Below are positions 46,408 through 56,003 of a stretch of DNA of 64,000 nucleotides, piece after piece. The notes beneath the pieces were generated by a model that was not told the DNA's origin, did not search any database, and saw only the letters and a program-made list of their open reading frames with translations. A program made the translations under genes and the position numbers. Source of the stretch: an uncultured Candidatus Binatia bacterium (GTDB lineage: Bacteria > Desulfobacterota > Binatia > HRBIN30); NCBI GenBank assembly GCA_964371655.1, contig CAYJOD010000001.1, forward strand, positions 84,572 to 148,571. The letters are read 5' to 3'. How positions within the stretch are numbered: position 1 is the stretch's first letter; the number at the start of each line of letters is the position of its first letter.

Positions 46408-47436
46408 CTACCCCGCGAGATGGCCGACGATCGCATCGGCAAACTGCTCCGTGCTCAGAGTCCCACCGAGGTCGCGCGTTTTCTGTCCCGCGGCGAGGGC
46501 CGCGTCGTAGGCCGTCTTGATGCGATCGGCGACCTGACGCCACTCTTCCGTGCGCTCGCTCTCGGAGAGGTAGTTGAGCATCATCACCGCCGACATCAGC
46601 AGCGCCAGCGGATTCGCGATCCCCTTCCCGGCAATGTCCGGGGCGGAGCCGTGCACCGCTTCGAAGACGGCGCAGCGGTCACCGATGTTGGCGCCGGGAA
46701 CGACACCCAGGCCTCCCACCAGCCCGGCCGCGAGGTCGCTGATGACGTCACCGTAAAGATTCTCCAGCAGCAAGACGTCGAAGCGCCCCGGGTTCTGCAC
46801 CATGTGCATGCAGCCGGCATCGATGATCAGCTCTTCGTACTGCACCTCCGGAAACTCCTCGGCGTGCACCTTGCGGGCGCAATCCAAGAGCATGCCGTCG
46901 GTGAGCTTCATGATGTTCGCCTTGTGCAAGACGGTGACCTTCTTGCGGCCGCGCGTCGCCGCGTAGCGGAAGGCCCAACGCGCGATGCGCGTACACGCAG
47001 GCTGCGTCGCCACCTTCATGCTGGTGACCACACCGGGAGTGATCTCGTTTTCAACGCCGCTGTACAACCCCTCCGTGTTCTCGCGAATGATCACCATGTC
47101 GACGTTGTCGAAACGCGTCTTCACGCCGGGAAGGTTGCGCACCGGACGCACCGCGGCGTAGAGGTCGAGCTTCTTGCGCAGCTGAACGTTGACCGACGTG
47201 AACCCCTTGCCGACCGGTGTCGTGCATGGGCCTTTCAAGGCGATGCCGTAGGCGGCGATCGCATCGAGGGTTTCCTTCGGTAGGACATCCTGCTTTCGTT
47301 CGAGCGCCGCGAGACCGGCATAGTGTTGGACCCAGCGGATACGCGCTCCGGCGGCGGCAAGGATGCGCATCACCGCGGCAGTCGTTTCCGGCCCGATTCC
47401 GTCCCCGGCAAGCAGAACAATCGCTTTCTCGTTCAT
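46408..47436 (-). CDS. Isocitrate/homoisocitrate (beta-decarboxylating) dehydrogenase family protein
   Basis: [37 protein letters not shown]. Confidence 0.85.
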   Translation of the reverse strand: MNEKAIVLLAGDGIGPETTAAVMRILAAAGARIRWVQHYAGLAALERKQDVLPKETLDAIAAYGIALKGPCTTPVGKGFTSVNVQLRKKLDLYAAVRPVRNLPGVKTRFDNVDMVIIRENTEGLYSGVENEITPGVVTSMKVATQPACTRIARWAFRYAATRGRKKVTVLHKANIMKLTDGMLLDCARKVHAEEFPEVQYEELIIDAGCMHMVQNPGRFDVLLLENLYGDVISDLAAGLVGGLGVVPGANIGDRCAVFEAVHGSAPDIAGKGIANPLALLMSAVMMLNYLSESERTEEWRQVADRIKTAYDAALAAGQKTRDLGGTLSTEQFADAIVGHLAG

Positions 47437-47663
47437 GCCGCGTTGCTAGCAGGCCGGAGGCAAAGGTGCAGGGGATGCGGCGGTTCCAGCTCGCTCAAAT
47501 GGTGCGCGCAGCGCACCCTACTGGTTGCACTTCCAAGAGCGTAGGTAGGCGTACGGGAGATCCCACGGATCACCGCTCCCTCACGGTCGCGGCTCAGCTC
47601 GAGATCCGAGGTGTTTCCCATCTCAGAACCGCTCGCGTAAGCAAGCGGTTAGAGGGTGAATGC

Positions 47664-47733
47664 TTCCATAGCGCGGGCTGACGCCGATATTTGAAAGCAC
47701 TCCCCTCTCCCGCAAGTAATGCGGGACAGGGGA
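47664..47733 (-). repeat. Inverted, internally deleted copy of the 80-nt CCCTCTCCCGC...CAGCCCGCGCTGT element
   Basis: AGCGCGGGCTGACGCC ... GAAAGCACTCCCCTCTCCCGCAAGTAATGCGGGACAGGGG matches the reverse complement of 54334-54413. Confidence 0.65.
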
Positions 47734-47836
47734 GCTGGCCTTACCCCCGGAACTCCGAACTCTTCGCGCGCCGACACGATTGGGAACGTTTGTTACATAG
47801 ATCAGACGGGATCCCGCCCCGAATCCGACCCTGGCT

Positions 47837-49117
47837 CTACGCGTCGTCTAGCGGATGGAACACGAGGCCGCTGAGCAGCTTCGGGAAAAAGTACGTCGAC
47901 TTCTCCGGCATGGTCGCGCCGGCTTCGGAAACCGCCAGGACGTCGGTGATCTTCGGTGCGTTGAGCAGAAATGCGGCAGCGGCACCGTTGGCGACGGCAG
48001 CGAACGCCTCGGACTCCTCGTGGGTGTACAGCAAGCCGCCGGCTTGCGCCGTGGCGGTTGGATCGATCCCCAGCAAGCCGCGCAGCAGGACGCGGTCGAG
48101 GATCGCCACGTCGAGCTTACGGACCGGCTCGGCAAGATCCGCTGCGAAGGCTGTTGTCGCGCCATCGCCGGCGAGGGTCGCCACCCACGCGTCATCGCTT
48201 CCGGCAAGGACGATACCGATCGCGCCCGGCGTCGCGTGTAAGGCGCGCGCGAATTCCTTGCGCTCGCGCAGGGCGAAGGCGGTCAACTGGAAATGCTCCT
48301 GAATCCGCCGCAGCGCCTGGTCGGCACCAAGCGTCAGCTCGCGCACGATGCGATGCGTCGGCAGCACCACCAAACCAGGATCGCTCATGCTGCACAGGTA
48401 CATGAGCACGAAGTTGTGCGGCGCACTGGGATCCGTGAGCCCCTGTGCCCGCAAATGGTCGCGATACGCCAACGCGGTTTCATAGCGATGGTGACCGTCG
48501 GCAATGAGCACCTCCGCCTCCTCGAAGCGACGCGCGAGCGCACTGGTAACTTCGCGGTCGGTAATGAACCACACCCGGTGGCGCTCGCCGCTGTCGTCGT
48601 AGAGGTCGATGTCGGCGACGCGGCGCGACGCGAGGTCGCGTGCCGGCTGCAGGGCATCGTTGGTATCGGGGAACATGCCGAAGATCGCGCTGAGGTTGGT
48701 GTGACACGCCTGCAGCAGACTCATACGGTCGGCCTTCGCACGCGCAAAGGTCTTCTCGTGCGGGCGGATGCGTCCGCTCGCCGGCTCCTCGAGCCGCACC
48801 GTGGCCAGCAGCCCGGCGCGCTCGTGAGCGCTGCCGTCGGCCAAGGCAAAGTTCTCGACGTAGTAACAGAACCCCGGCTCGGCATCGCGCACGAGGACAC
48901 CCTTGCGGCGCCATTCGTGCAGCTGCGCAGCCGCCGACGCGTACGGATCCTGGTCGCGATTCAAGAGCAGACGAATCACGTTGTAGTCGCTGCGCTCGTA
49001 CAGCTTGTCGCGATAGTTGAGGGGAACCACGTCATAGGGCGGCGCCACCACCAGAGCCAAGTCGCCAACGGCGGCGGCTTTGTAACGCAAGGGCCGGAAC
49101 GGCCGCAGCATCACCAT
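47837..49117 (-). CDS. DUF1015 family protein
   Basis: N-terminal LRPFRPLRY...VAPPYDV signature of DUF1015. Confidence 0.75.
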   Translation of the reverse strand: MVMLRPFRPLRYKAAAVGDLALVVAPPYDVVPLNYRDKLYERSDYNVIRLLLNRDQDPYASAAAQLHEWRRKGVLVRDAEPGFCYYVENFALADGSAHERAGLLATVRLEEPASGRIRPHEKTFARAKADRMSLLQACHTNLSAIFGMFPDTNDALQPARDLASRRVADIDLYDDSGERHRVWFITDREVTSALARRFEEAEVLIADGHHRYETALAYRDHLRAQGLTDPSAPHNFVLMYLCSMSDPGLVVLPTHRIVRELTLGADQALRRIQEHFQLTAFALRERKEFARALHATPGAIGIVLAGSDDAWVATLAGDGATTAFAADLAEPVRKLDVAILDRVLLRGLLGIDPTATAQAGGLLYTHEESEAFAAVANGAAAAFLLNAPKITDVLAVSEAGATMPEKSTYFFPKLLSGLVFHPLDDA

Positions 49118-49207
49118 CGCAGCTCCAACCTCGCAGATTGAACACTCACCGTTCCGACTCCTCTCTCGGGTGGTGCGTTTGTTTTAATTTTTCGCTCGAT
49201 GGCAGCC

Positions 49208-49316
49208 GGCGCTAAGGGAGGGATCTGCAGTGGAGTGTCGTACCCACTGTGGCCCCCGGAAGATTCCTCGCCGCGAAAATTGCGACGGCTCGGAATGACA
49301 ATCAAGCTGACCCCCT
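49208..49316 (-). repeat. GTCATTCCGAG...GAGGAATCT element, copy 1 (reverse orientation)
   Basis: Its reverse complement aligns over about 105 nt with 51786-51902, with few mismatches. Confidence 0.8.
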
Positions 49317-49922
49317 ACCCTCTCTCACCACCGCTGCGATCGCGGCAGCGGCGATGGCACCGTGGCGCACGATCCTTACGCGGCCGCGTACATCCACAAT
49401 CGTCGACGCCGGCTCGCCCGGCAGGATCTCATCATCCAGGTAGTAGTCGACGTTGTCGCCGAAATACCTCCGCGCCGCGTCGATGCTGCGCGGCGGCGGC
49501 TGGCCGGCAGGATTGGCGCTCGGCGCCGTCAACGGCTTGTCCAGGGCACGCACCAGCGCGGCGGCGCGCGGATGACTCGACACGCGCACGCCGATGCTAC
49601 CGCTTCCACCGGTCAGCAGTTCCGACAGGTGTGCGCGCGCGGCGAATACGATCGTCAGCGGCCCCGGCCAGAAGCGTTGCGCCAAGAGCTCCGCGGTCTT
49701 CGGAATTTCTGCCGCCACCTGATCGAGCATGTCTAAATCGCGCACCAGCACGGCGATGGGCTTGCCTGCTTCGCGTCCTTTGATCCGCACCAGCCGCTCC
49801 AAGGCCTTGCGATTGAAAGCATCCGCGCCGAGACCATACAGCGTCTCGGTCGGATACACGACGAGGCCGCCGCGACGTAGAATCGCGGCGGCCGCCGCGA
49901 CCGCCGGGTCATGATCCTGCAT
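49302..49922 (-). CDS. tsaC: L-threonylcarbamoyladenylate synthase (TsaC/YrdC type)
   Basis: [47 protein letters not shown] at 49922. Confidence 0.85.
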   Translation of the reverse strand: MQDHDPAVAAAAAILRRGGLVVYPTETLYGLGADAFNRKALERLVRIKGREAGKPIAVLVRDLDMLDQVAAEIPKTAELLAQRFWPGPLTIVFAARAHLSELLTGGSGSIGVRVSSHPRAAALVRALDKPLTAPSANPAGQPPPRSIDAARRYFGDNVDYYLDDEILPGEPASTIVDVRGRVRIVRHGAIAAAAIAAVVREGRGSA

Positions 49923-50430
49923 GCTCGCGCTGTCGCTGCAAGCGGGCATCCTTCTCCTCGACCTGGCGTGCGAGCTCGACTTTGAAGACACCGAGCTTGC
50001 GCGCCAGCTCGACATCGCCGAGCGCCAGAATCTGTACGGCAAGAATCGCCGCATTGTCGGCGCCGGCCTTGCCGAGGGCCACGGTGGCGACGGGCACACC
50101 GGCCGGCATCTGCACCGTCGCCAGCAGAGCATCAATACCGCGCAGGCTGCCCACGTCGAGCGGCACACCGATGACCGGCAACGTCGTATGCGCCGCAACC
50201 ACACCCGCCAAATGCGCCGCGACTCCGGCGGCGCAGATGATCACCTGCACGCCGCGCGTCTGCGCCGACGCCGCGTACTTCGCCGTCTTTTCGGGAGAGC
50301 GGTGCGCGGACGCGACGTGGGCTTCGTAGGCGACACCGAACCCGTCGAGGCGCTTGGCAGCCACCGCCATCACCTCCCAGTCGCTGTCGCTTCCCATCAA
50401 GATCGCAACCCGTGGGCTCATCGCGGTCAT
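49909..50430 (-). CDS. purE: N5-carboxyaminoimidazole ribonucleotide mutase
   Basis: [14 protein letters not shown]..., [31 protein letters not shown]. Confidence 0.9.
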   Translation of the reverse strand: MTAMSPRVAILMGSDSDWEVMAVAAKRLDGFGVAYEAHVASAHRSPEKTAKYAASAQTRGVQVIICAAGVAAHLAGVVAAHTTLPVIGVPLDVGSLRGIDALLATVQMPAGVPVATVALGKAGADNAAILAVQILALGDVELARKLGVFKVELARQVEEKDARLQRQREHAGS

Positions 50431-51704
50431 GCGTGCGCCTCCAAGGCCCGGTGGCCGATGTCTCGCCGATACTGCATTCCGTCCCAGCTGATCTGTTCCA
50501 CCGCCCAGTACGCTTCCCGAACCGCATCGTGCACGCTAACGCCCAATGCCGTCACTCCCAGGACCCGACCGCCGTTGGTAACGATGTCGCCATCACGCTG
50601 CGCGGTGCCGGCGTGGAACACCACTCCACTCTGCCAACCGTGCAGATGCTCGAGGCCGAGGATCAACTTCCCTTTTTCGTAGCCACCGGGGTAGCCACCG
50701 GCAGCGAGAACCACGCAGACGGCGGCGCGCTCGTCCCACTCGACCGTGCACTGGTCGAGGGTGCCGTCGATGCAGGCTTCCATCAATTCGACGATGTCGC
50801 TCTTGAGCCGAATCAGTAGCGCCTGACATTCCGGATCACCGAAGCGCGCATTGAACTCGAGCACCTTCGGACCGGTAGCGGTCATCATCAACCCCGCATA
50901 GAGAACGCCGCGATAATCGATCTTGGCCTCGGCCAGCGCCGCGACCACGGGCTCCATGATCTCGCGCATGACGCGCTCGTGGACAGCCGGGGTCAAGACT
51001 GGTGCCGGGGAATACGCTCCCATGCCGCCGGTATTCGGTCCCTTATCGCCGTCGAAGGCGCGCTTGTGATCCTGCGACGAAGCCAGCGGCAACGCCGTAC
51101 GGCCATCGGTGAGCGCCATGAAGGAGACCTCTTCGCCTTCGAGAAACTCTTCGACGACGATGCGAGCGCCGGCGTCGCCGAAAATGCGCGAGCGCAAAAT
51201 CTCGTCGACGGCCTCCTCGGCTTCCTTCATGGTCTGACAGATGAACACGCCCTTGCCCGCCGCCAAGCCGTCGGCCTTCACAACCAACGGCGGACCAACC
51301 TCGTTGACGTAGCGCTTGGCGTCGTCGGCCTCGGTAAAGGCGCTGAAGTATCCGGTTGGAATCTCCTGCCGCCGCAGCAGCTCCTTGGTGAAGACCTTGC
51401 TGCCTTCGAGCTGCGCTCCGTCACGATTGGGCCCGAACACGCGCAGGCCGTGGCGCTGGAACTCGTCGACGATCCCCAAGGTAAGCGGCAGCTCCGGCCC
51501 GACCACGGTGAGATCGATGCGCTCGTCGCGCGCGAAGCGCGCCAGCGCCGCCACATCGTCGGCCGAGATTGAAACCAGCTCGGCGACCGCGGCGATGCCA
51601 CCGTTGCCCGGCGCACAGAAGACGCGGCTGACACGCGGCGACTGCCGAATCTTCCAAGCCAGCGCGTGTTCGCGCCCGCCGCTGCCGATCACCAGTACCT
51701 TCAT
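50427..51704 (-). CDS. purD: Phosphoribosylamine--glycine ligase
   Basis: MKVLVIGSGGREHALAWK. ATP-grasp region. ATGA overlap with purE at 50427-50430. Confidence 0.95.
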   Translation of the reverse strand: MKVLVIGSGGREHALAWKIRQSPRVSRVFCAPGNGGIAAVAELVSISADDVAALARFARDERIDLTVVGPELPLTLGIVDEFQRHGLRVFGPNRDGAQLEGSKVFTKELLRRQEIPTGYFSAFTEADDAKRYVNEVGPPLVVKADGLAAGKGVFICQTMKEAEEAVDEILRSRIFGDAGARIVVEEFLEGEEVSFMALTDGRTALPLASSQDHKRAFDGDKGPNTGGMGAYSPAPVLTPAVHERVMREIMEPVVAALAEAKIDYRGVLYAGLMMTATGPKVLEFNARFGDPECQALLIRLKSDIVELMEACIDGTLDQCTVEWDERAAVCVVLAAGGYPGGYEKGKLILGLEHLHGWQSGVVFHAGTAQRDGDIVTNGGRVLGVTALGVSVHDAVREAYWAVEQISWDGMQYRRDIGHRALEAHA

Positions 51705-51785
51705 GCCCGCCGTCCTAAACTCTCGGCCGCGCCAGTCATCCTACCTCTACCCGTGACTCCACAGAGCCCGAACCGAACCGGGGGT

Positions 51786-51902
51786 AAGGGGGTCAGTCTG
51801 ATTGTCATTCCGAGCCGTCGCATTTTCCGCGGCGAGGAATCTTCCGGGGCCACAGTTGGCACTACAATCCATTGCAGATCCCTCGCTCCGCTCGGGATGA
51901 CA
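51786..51902 (+). repeat. GTCATTCCGAG...GAGGAATCT element, copy 2
   Basis: GTCATTCCGAGCCGTCGCATTTTCCGCGGCGAGGAATCTTCCGGGGCCACAG...AGATCCCTCGCTCCGCTCGGGATGAC, with internal inverted termini. Confidence 0.8.
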
Positions 51903-51937
51903 CCGGGCGAAAACATCAAACCGACCCACCACCGATC

Positions 51938-52043
51938 CGAAAGAAATGGAAAATAAGAAACCGGAAACCGGAGATGGGAAACCGGTGAATTGACCAGTTT
52001 CCGGTCTTCGGTCTCCTGTTTCCGGTTTTCCATTTCCTTTCCG
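51938..52043. repeat. GGAAAC-rich palindromic element, copy B
   Basis: CGAAAGAAATGGAAAATAAGAAACCGGAAACCGGAG ... CGGTCTCCTGTTTCCGGTTTTCCATTTCCTTTCCG, between purD and purH. Confidence 0.8.
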
Positions 52044-52085
52044 TGCTGCTCAAGTCATCTCCAGTATGGGACTAGAGGTACACTC

Positions 52086-53648
52086 TCAATGCCGGAAATG
52101 CCTGACACCGGTAAACACCATGGCCACGCCGAGCGCGTCGGCTGCCTTGATCACCTCTTCGTCACGCACGCTGCCGCCGGGTTGAACCACCGCCGTGGCT
52201 CCGGCCTTGGCGGCCTCCTCCACTCCGTCGGGGAATGGAAAGAAGGCGTCGCTCGCCAGCACCGAGCCCTGCAACGAGATGCCGACACGGCCCGCCTTCG
52301 CGCGCGCCGCATGAATCGGATCGACGCGCGAGGTCGCACCGCCGCCGAGAGCGAGCGTACCGTGCGCATTCACGAAGGCGATGGCATTCGACTTCACGTG
52401 CTTGACAACCTTGAGGCCGAAGCCGAGCCCAGCCAACTCCTGCGGGCTCGGCGCGCGCTTGGTGACAAGCTTCGCCTTGCTTACATCTTCCATCGCCGCG
52501 TCGCTCTCCTGTACGAGAACGCCGCCGAAGACGCCGCGTACTTCGAGACGCGCCGCGCGCATGACCTGAGGATGCCAACACATGAGGCGGCGGTTCTTCT
52601 TCTTTTGCAGGAACTCGAGTGCATCGGGTGCGAACTCGGGGGCGATGAGCACCTCTGTGAAGATCTCGTCCACCTCGCGGGCCAGGTCCAACGTCCACGG
52701 TCGATTGCTGATCAGTATACCGCCGAACGGAGAATCCGGATCGGTGGCGAAGGCGCGTCGATACGCTTCCAAGCCGCCCGTCCCGGTGCCGACACCGCAC
52801 GGCGTATTGTGCTTGAGGATGGCCACGACGGCGGCGGCGTCATCGACGAACTCCATCATCAGGTGGAGCGCGGCGTTGATGTCGAGGATGTTGTTGTAGG
52901 AGAGCTCCTTGCCGTGCAGTTGCTCGACGGCGCGAAAGAAGTTGCCGTACAGCGCCGCGCCCTGATGCGGATTCTCGCCGTAGCGCAGATCCTGTGCCTT
53001 CTTCAGACCGACGTGTAGGGTTTCACCGAAGCGGATGCGCTTGCCCTCGGCGTCGAAGCCACCGAGGTAGTCGGCAATCGCACCATCGTAGACCGCCGTC
53101 GTCTGGAACGCCTTGCGTGCCAGCCGCGTGTTCGTGGCGGCCGACACACGACCGTCGCCGGCGCGCATCTCCGCGAGCACCGTGCCGTAGTCGGCGGGAT
53201 CAACGACGACGGTGACGTCGTGGTGATTCTTGGCCGCCGAGCGCACCATCGAGGGGCCGCCGATATCGATGTTCTCGATGGCATCCTCGAAGCTGCAATC
53301 CGGCTTCGCCACCGTGGCCTCGAACGGATAGAGGTTCACCACCACCAGATCGATTGGGCGAATGTTGTTGGCCTCCATCTGTTGGCGGTGATTGGCGTCG
53401 TCTCGTCGTCCGAGCAAGCCACCGTGGATCTTCGGATGCAGCGTCTTGACGCGCCCGTCGAGAATTTCGGGCGAGCCGGTGAAGTCACTGACAGCAATCA
53501 CCGCAACGCCGTTGTCGGCGAGCAGCTTCGCGGTACCGCCGGTGGAAAGGATTTCGACACCGAGCTCACGCAGTCCTGTGGCGAACTCGACCAACCCGGC
53601 TTTGTCACTAACACTGATCAGGGCTCGCGTGATCCTACCCATGCGCAC
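52086..53648 (-). CDS. purH: Bifunctional AICAR transformylase / IMP cyclohydrolase
   Basis: RALISVSDKAGLVEFA (MGS-like domain), KTLHPKIHGG, C-terminal AICARFT region. Confidence 0.95.
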   Translation of the reverse strand: MRMGRITRALISVSDKAGLVEFATGLRELGVEILSTGGTAKLLADNGVAVIAVSDFTGSPEILDGRVKTLHPKIHGGLLGRRDDANHRQQMEANNIRPIDLVVVNLYPFEATVAKPDCSFEDAIENIDIGGPSMVRSAAKNHHDVTVVVDPADYGTVLAEMRAGDGRVSAATNTRLARKAFQTTAVYDGAIADYLGGFDAEGKRIRFGETLHVGLKKAQDLRYGENPHQGAALYGNFFRAVEQLHGKELSYNNILDINAALHLMMEFVDDAAAVVAILKHNTPCGVGTGTGGLEAYRRAFATDPDSPFGGILISNRPWTLDLAREVDEIFTEVLIAPEFAPDALEFLQKKKNRRLMCWHPQVMRAARLEVRGVFGGVLVQESDAAMEDVSKAKLVTKRAPSPQELAGLGFGLKVVKHVKSNAIAFVNAHGTLALGGGATSRVDPIHAARAKAGRVGISLQGSVLASDAFFPFPDGVEEAAKAGATAVVQPGGSVRDEEVIKAADALGVAMVFTGVRHFRH

Positions 53649-53748
53649 ACTCCTCTATGCCACCGAAACACCCGCAACGCCTCGAACCGAAGAACTCTAA
53701 CCCTTTCCCAAGGGAGACTGTCGATTATCTCCGCGACCGGCCGTCGCT

Positions 53749-53857
53749 CGGAGAATGACAAACAGGAAACCGGAAACCGAAAATGGAAAACCGGCCTTTT
53801 TCCATAAGCATTGCCCAGTTTTCGCTTCCCGGTTTTCCGTTTCCTGTTCTCCATTCG
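53749..53857. repeat. GGAAAC-rich palindromic element, copy C
   Basis: CGGAGAATGACAAACAGGAAACCGGAAACCGAAAATGGAAAACCGG ... CCCGGTTTTCCGTTTCCTGTTCTCCATTCG. Confidence 0.8.
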
Positions 53858-54333
53858 CATTTATCGACAGTCTCAACGGGAGAGAGGAGCTTGCGTTCCG
53901 TCCTCTCCTCCTGAGAATCGTAATCCCTCGATCTCCTCGACGACCCCACCAGCCGCCACCTGTTTGCGCGGCGGCAAGCGAGCCCGCGCCTGCAGCTTCA
54001 CCGTCGCCACTGGCCTCGACGGCAGCGATCTCCGCTACACATTGGCCACGCGCAGCGGCAAGATCAATTACCGCGCGGATGCTGCATCCAGCTGCTGGTG
54101 GTGCCATCGCAAGTGAAGGTCGCCGAGTTACCAAAGGCATCCCGTGATGTAAAGACAGCGACCGCCGCAGGCAGTCACTCTCAAAGCTTAAAAGTGGACC
54201 TCGGAGCGCGGCGGCGACAGGCCGCTTGGCATTGCGCAATGTCAGCCTCGACTTCTCATCCAGGTCACCACAGAGACACAGAGGACCTAGCGCGAGCTGA
54301 CACCCGCAACCCACGCAGGTGTTTAGCAGCACC

Positions 54334-54413
54334 CCCTCTCCCGCATCACTGCGGGAGAGGGAGTGCTTCCAAACACCGGTGTTGCTTGGGTTGCGGGCGT
54401 CAGCCCGCGCTGT
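54334..54413 (+). repeat. 80-nt hairpin-containing element, copy upstream of the cytochrome cluster
   Basis: CCCTCTCCCGCATCACTGCGGGAGAGGGAGTGCTTCCAAACACCGGTGTTGCTTGGGTTGCGGGCGTCAGCCCGCGCTGT. Near-identical to 63885-63965. Confidence 0.85.
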
Positions 54414-54606
54414 ACCTCTGTGGTGAGAAATCCGGGTTCGGGATCCTATCCGCTTGTGCCAGCACGTCCAACTCTTGACCTCCCACGATACACCTGCCCT
54501 CAAATTCAGACACTCGGGCTCGGCGCGGCACCGTAATCGAAACGAACGGTTTCGGGGCATGCGCCTTGCTCTCGCCCGTGATCCAACAAGCGAGCCGATT
54601 TCTACA

Positions 54607-55572
54607 ATGATTGCCAACCTTGAACTCTCGCTCCTCGACGAGGAGCCGAACCGCAGCAGTCGCGCCCTCGACCAATCGTCGCCAGCGCCCGAGACGATCC
54701 TGCGCTTTGCCCTCGCGGAGCGACTGCTGCACTGGGCGATCGCGATCCCGTTTCTCGGTTGCCTCCTCAGCGCCGTGGTATTGATCGTCGTCTACAATCC
54801 CGATCCCACGCGTGCCTACCGCTCGCTCTTTGCCTGGGTGCACCGCGGCTGCGCCGTGGGTTTGCTGGTGTGCCCGAGCCTGGTCCTGCTCGCGAGCGTG
54901 CGCCACGCGCGGCTGTTCTTCTACAATTTCCGCCAGGGATGGGTGTGGAGGTTCGACGACATCAAGTGGCTCGTCTTGATGGGGCCGGCTACGCTGTTCA
55001 AGCGCATCACTTTGCCTGACCAGGGCAAGTTCAACGCTGCCGAGAAGCTCAACTTCATGATGGTGACGGTCTTTCCGTTTCTCTTTGCCGCAACCGGTCT
55101 CTTGATCTGGTTTCCCGACGCCAGCCAGCTCGGCGCTTTCACCCCATGGATCATCCACTGCGCCCTCGCCGCGCTCGCCATGCCCCTAGTCCTTGGTCAC
55201 ATGTTCATGGCCACGGTTAACCCCGACACTCGCGTCGGGTTGACGGGGATGATCAGCGGCTTCGTCAGCCGCGAATGGGCTGCACACCACTATGCTCGCT
55301 GGTTTCGCGAGCAGTTTCCCCATCTGGTTCATGAATGTGCCGACGAGAACCCCGAGCTGGCGCCGCAGCCGCTTGCACGCGCCACGGTCGACGCCGCAGT
55401 TGAGATTTACGGACCGCGCTTTATCGCTGACGAGACCGAGGATGACACATTCCCGGAGTACAACGACGACGAGAGAGAGATCATCACTGCCGCGTGCGCA
55501 GAAGATTCAGCAGATGCCCTGAGTTGTGAGGCCTCGTCGCCAGCTGGTGATGACGCGGCCCACAACTATTGA
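54607..55572 (+). CDS. Membrane b-type cytochrome, FdnI/cytochrome-b561 (PF01292-like) family, with acidic C-terminal tail
   Basis: ERLLHWAIAIPFL, FNAAEKLNFMMV, and His in later helices (IIHCALAALAMPLVLGHMF). 4-5 TM helices. ATG 54607. Confidence 0.7.
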   Translation: MIANLELSLLDEEPNRSSRALDQSSPAPETILRFALAERLLHWAIAIPFLGCLLSAVVLIVVYNPDPTRAYRSLFAWVHRGCAVGLLVCPSLVLLASVRHARLFFYNFRQGWVWRFDDIKWLVLMGPATLFKRITLPDQGKFNAAEKLNFMMVTVFPFLFAATGLLIWFPDASQLGAFTPWIIHCALAALAMPLVLGHMFMATVNPDTRVGLTGMISGFVSREWAAHHYARWFREQFPHLVHECADENPELAPQPLARATVDAAVEIYGPRFIADETEDDTFPEYNDDEREIITAACAEDSADALSCEASSPAGDDAAHNY

Positions 55573-55883
55573 TGAACCGCCGTCCCATCCTGAAGCTCGA
55601 CTTCAGACTCCAGGCCTCAGGCTTCTAAATTTTCATCGCACCCGCCCTGAAGCCGGAAGCCCGCGAGCTCTGATCGCGAAGGATCAGGCATCCGCTCGAC
55701 GCCCGACTCGCCAGAAACGCAACTAGACGACGCGATCTATGGCATTTCCAACCGTCCGCGTTGGAACTGTCAGTGATACGCGAGCGCGCCACACTGCAGG
55801 TTGTGGCGTGGGATCACCAGAACACTGTCATCGTTAAGTGACTCCCGGTCATCTGCGCACTCGCGAACAGATCCTCCTACTCG

Positions 55884-55900
55884 GGGCACACGCCTTGCTC
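55884..55900 (+). promoter_or_regulatory. Sigma-54-like -24/-12 element upstream of the multiheme operon (weak call)
   Basis: GGGCACACGCCTTGCTC. The GG (55885-55886) and GC (55897-55898) are separated by 10 nt. It lies about 105 nt upstream of the start at 56004/56007. Confidence 0.35.
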
Positions 55901-56003
55901 AACGGGCAAACGAACATGGGTCGCCGGTCATTATGAGTGCAGCGGGAGCGGAGGTGGCCGGGAGGTCTGTGGCGGTTGGAATTCTCTATGCTGAGCACAA
56001 GTA

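Noticed and set aside
41355-54413. Possibility that the recurring repeats represent CRISPR arrays
   Set aside because: The copies are tens of kilobases apart or occur singly. They are long imperfect palindromes with no regular repeat-spacer periodicity, and there are no cas genes in the window.
53697-54617. 306-aa minus-strand ORF upstream of purH
   Set aside because: It spans the GGAAAC palindrome (copy C), the CAGAGACACAGAGG inverted pair and the 80-nt repeat. Its composition is Arg/Gly/Ala-rich with no domain, which is typical of a GC-rich non-coding read-through.
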